From Thermodesulfobacteriota bacterium (GTDB taxonomy: Bacteria; Desulfobacterota; RBG-13-43-22), in contig JBFMBU010000254.1 of NCBI GenBank assembly GCA_040755035.1, positions 2,835 to 66,834 on the forward strand: 64,000 nt of DNA, read 5' to 3'. The notes under the pieces are model-generated. The model was given only the letters and a program-made list of their open reading frames with translations, made no database searches and was not told where the DNA came from. Below are positions 63,235 to 64,000 of the stretch, one piece after another. The translations under genes and the position numbers were made by a program. Positions within the stretch are counted from its first letter, which is position 1, and every line of letters starts with the position of its first letter.

Positions 63235-64000
63235 TTATTTCTTCTGAGAATATTCTAAAGAAGCCCGGATAAATTCCCGGAAGAGAGGGTGGGGACTCAT
63301 AGGTCGGGATTTGAATTCCGGGTGAAATTGACAGCCCAGGAACCAGGGGTGATCGCGCAACTCGACAATCTCGGCCAGGGAACCATCCGGGGAAAGGCCG
63401 CTCAGAATCAGACCTTTTTCCGTCAAGGGCTCCTTGAAAGCCATATTGAATTCATAGCGATGACGGTGCCGTTCAAAAACTTCCTCCTCCTGATAACCGC
63501 TGAAGGCCAGGGTGCCGGCGGTCAAACGGCAGGGATAGGCACCCAGACGCATGGTTCCTCCCATTTCCGTATCCTTGTCCCGGCGTTCGATTTTCTGGCT
63601 GCGATAATCGAACCATTCGCTCATCAGGTAAATGACCGGATAAGGGGTGTTCGGATCGACTTCGGTGGTGTTGGCCGCGGGCAGACCAGCCCGGGTCCGG
63701 GCTAATTCAATCACGGCCATGTGCATGCCATAGCAGATCCCGAAATAGGGGACCAGATTTTCTCTGGCATAGCGAACCGAGGCGATCTTGCCCTCCACCC
63801 CCCGGGCGCCGAATCCCCCCGGGACCAAGATACCGTCGGCTTTAGTCAAAAAATACTCCGGTCCTTTTTTCTCCACCTCTTCCGAGTCCACAAACTGCAG
63901 AACGACCTTGCAATGGTTGGCTATCCCCCCGTGAAATAAAGCCTCGTTCAAGCTTTTGTAAGATTCCCGCAGGTGGATATATTTCCCGACAACGGCGATG
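63235..64000 (-). CDS. pyrG: CTP synthase, C-terminal glutamine amidotransferase part (gene continues past window end)
   Basis: [17 protein letters not shown]...[15 protein letters not shown]...HRHRYEFN...[13 protein letters not shown]. The frame is still open at 64000. Confidence 0.95.
   Translation of the reverse strand, partial: IAVVGKYIHLRESYKSLNEALFHGGIANHCKVVLQFVDSEEVEKKGPEYFLTKADGILVPGGFGARGVEGKIASVRYARENLVPYFGICYGMHMAVIELARTRAGLPAANTTEVDPNTPYPVIYLMSEWFDYRSQKIERRDKDTEMGGTMRLGAYPCRLTAGTLAFSGYQEEEVFERHRHRYEFNMAFKEPLTEKGLILSGLSPDGSLAEIVELRDHPWFLGCQFHPEFKSRPMSPHPLFREFIRASLEYSQKK

Overview
This 64-kb chromosomal window looks like it comes from an anaerobic Desulfobacterota-like (deltaproteobacterial) genome. 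That assignment is inferred from gene content only: HdrA/MvhD/MetVF, a membrane H+-PPase, and pyrG-kdsA-kdsC-lptCAB-rpoN-hpf-ptsN-rapZ synteny. Layout: (1) 1-6.5 kb is a toxin-antitoxin and dead-mobile-DNA patch. It holds YefM/YoeB, DUF4160/DUF2442 and RelE-XRE pairs, a decayed RAYT-like Y1 transposase bracketed by inverted repeats, a group II intron maturase remnant, and an ISL3 element with 30-bp IRs and a triply broken transposase. (2) 6.7-16.3 kb holds core genes: sucDC translationally coupled to a paaK-like ligase, hppA, pgk-tpiA-secG-tRNA-Leu(GAG) and a cold-shock gene. (3) 17.1-24.7 kb is a visibly AT-richer accessory island. It starts with repeat-rich non-coding DNA, followed by small signal-peptide proteins in paralogous pairs, a type-B carboxylesterase lipoprotein and a 340-bp segmental duplication. 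(4) 24.8-34.1 kb holds two ABC exporter genes, an AttEFGH-like ABC/FtsX/lipocalin module and a PP-loop enzyme. (5) 34.2-45.6 kb holds signalling genes (PAS/HD-GYP, Usp, two cytoplasmic PAS kinases, two ACT-like proteins, a CheY-like receiver), plus glutaminyl cyclase and adenine deaminase. (6) 45.8-51.8 kb is an MTHFR - long HdrA - MvhD - MetV - MetF operon. (7) 52.3-54.0 kb is an ECF sigma / anti-sigma / Spy-like operon. (8) 54.8-64 kb is the rimI ... rpoN ... lpt ... kds ... pyrG block. I see no recognisable defence or CRISPR system. The most unusual content is non-coding. It includes a ~120-bp repeat family inserted between genes of conserved operons and a 48-bp tandem array of paired perfect hairpins in a divergent promoter region. 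It also includes heptanucleotide-periodic intergenic microsatellites, a REP-like motif family tied to the dead Y1 transposase, and a ~105-bp leader conserved upstream of two strongly diverged paralogues. All functional calls rest on motif recognition by eye; no database search was run.
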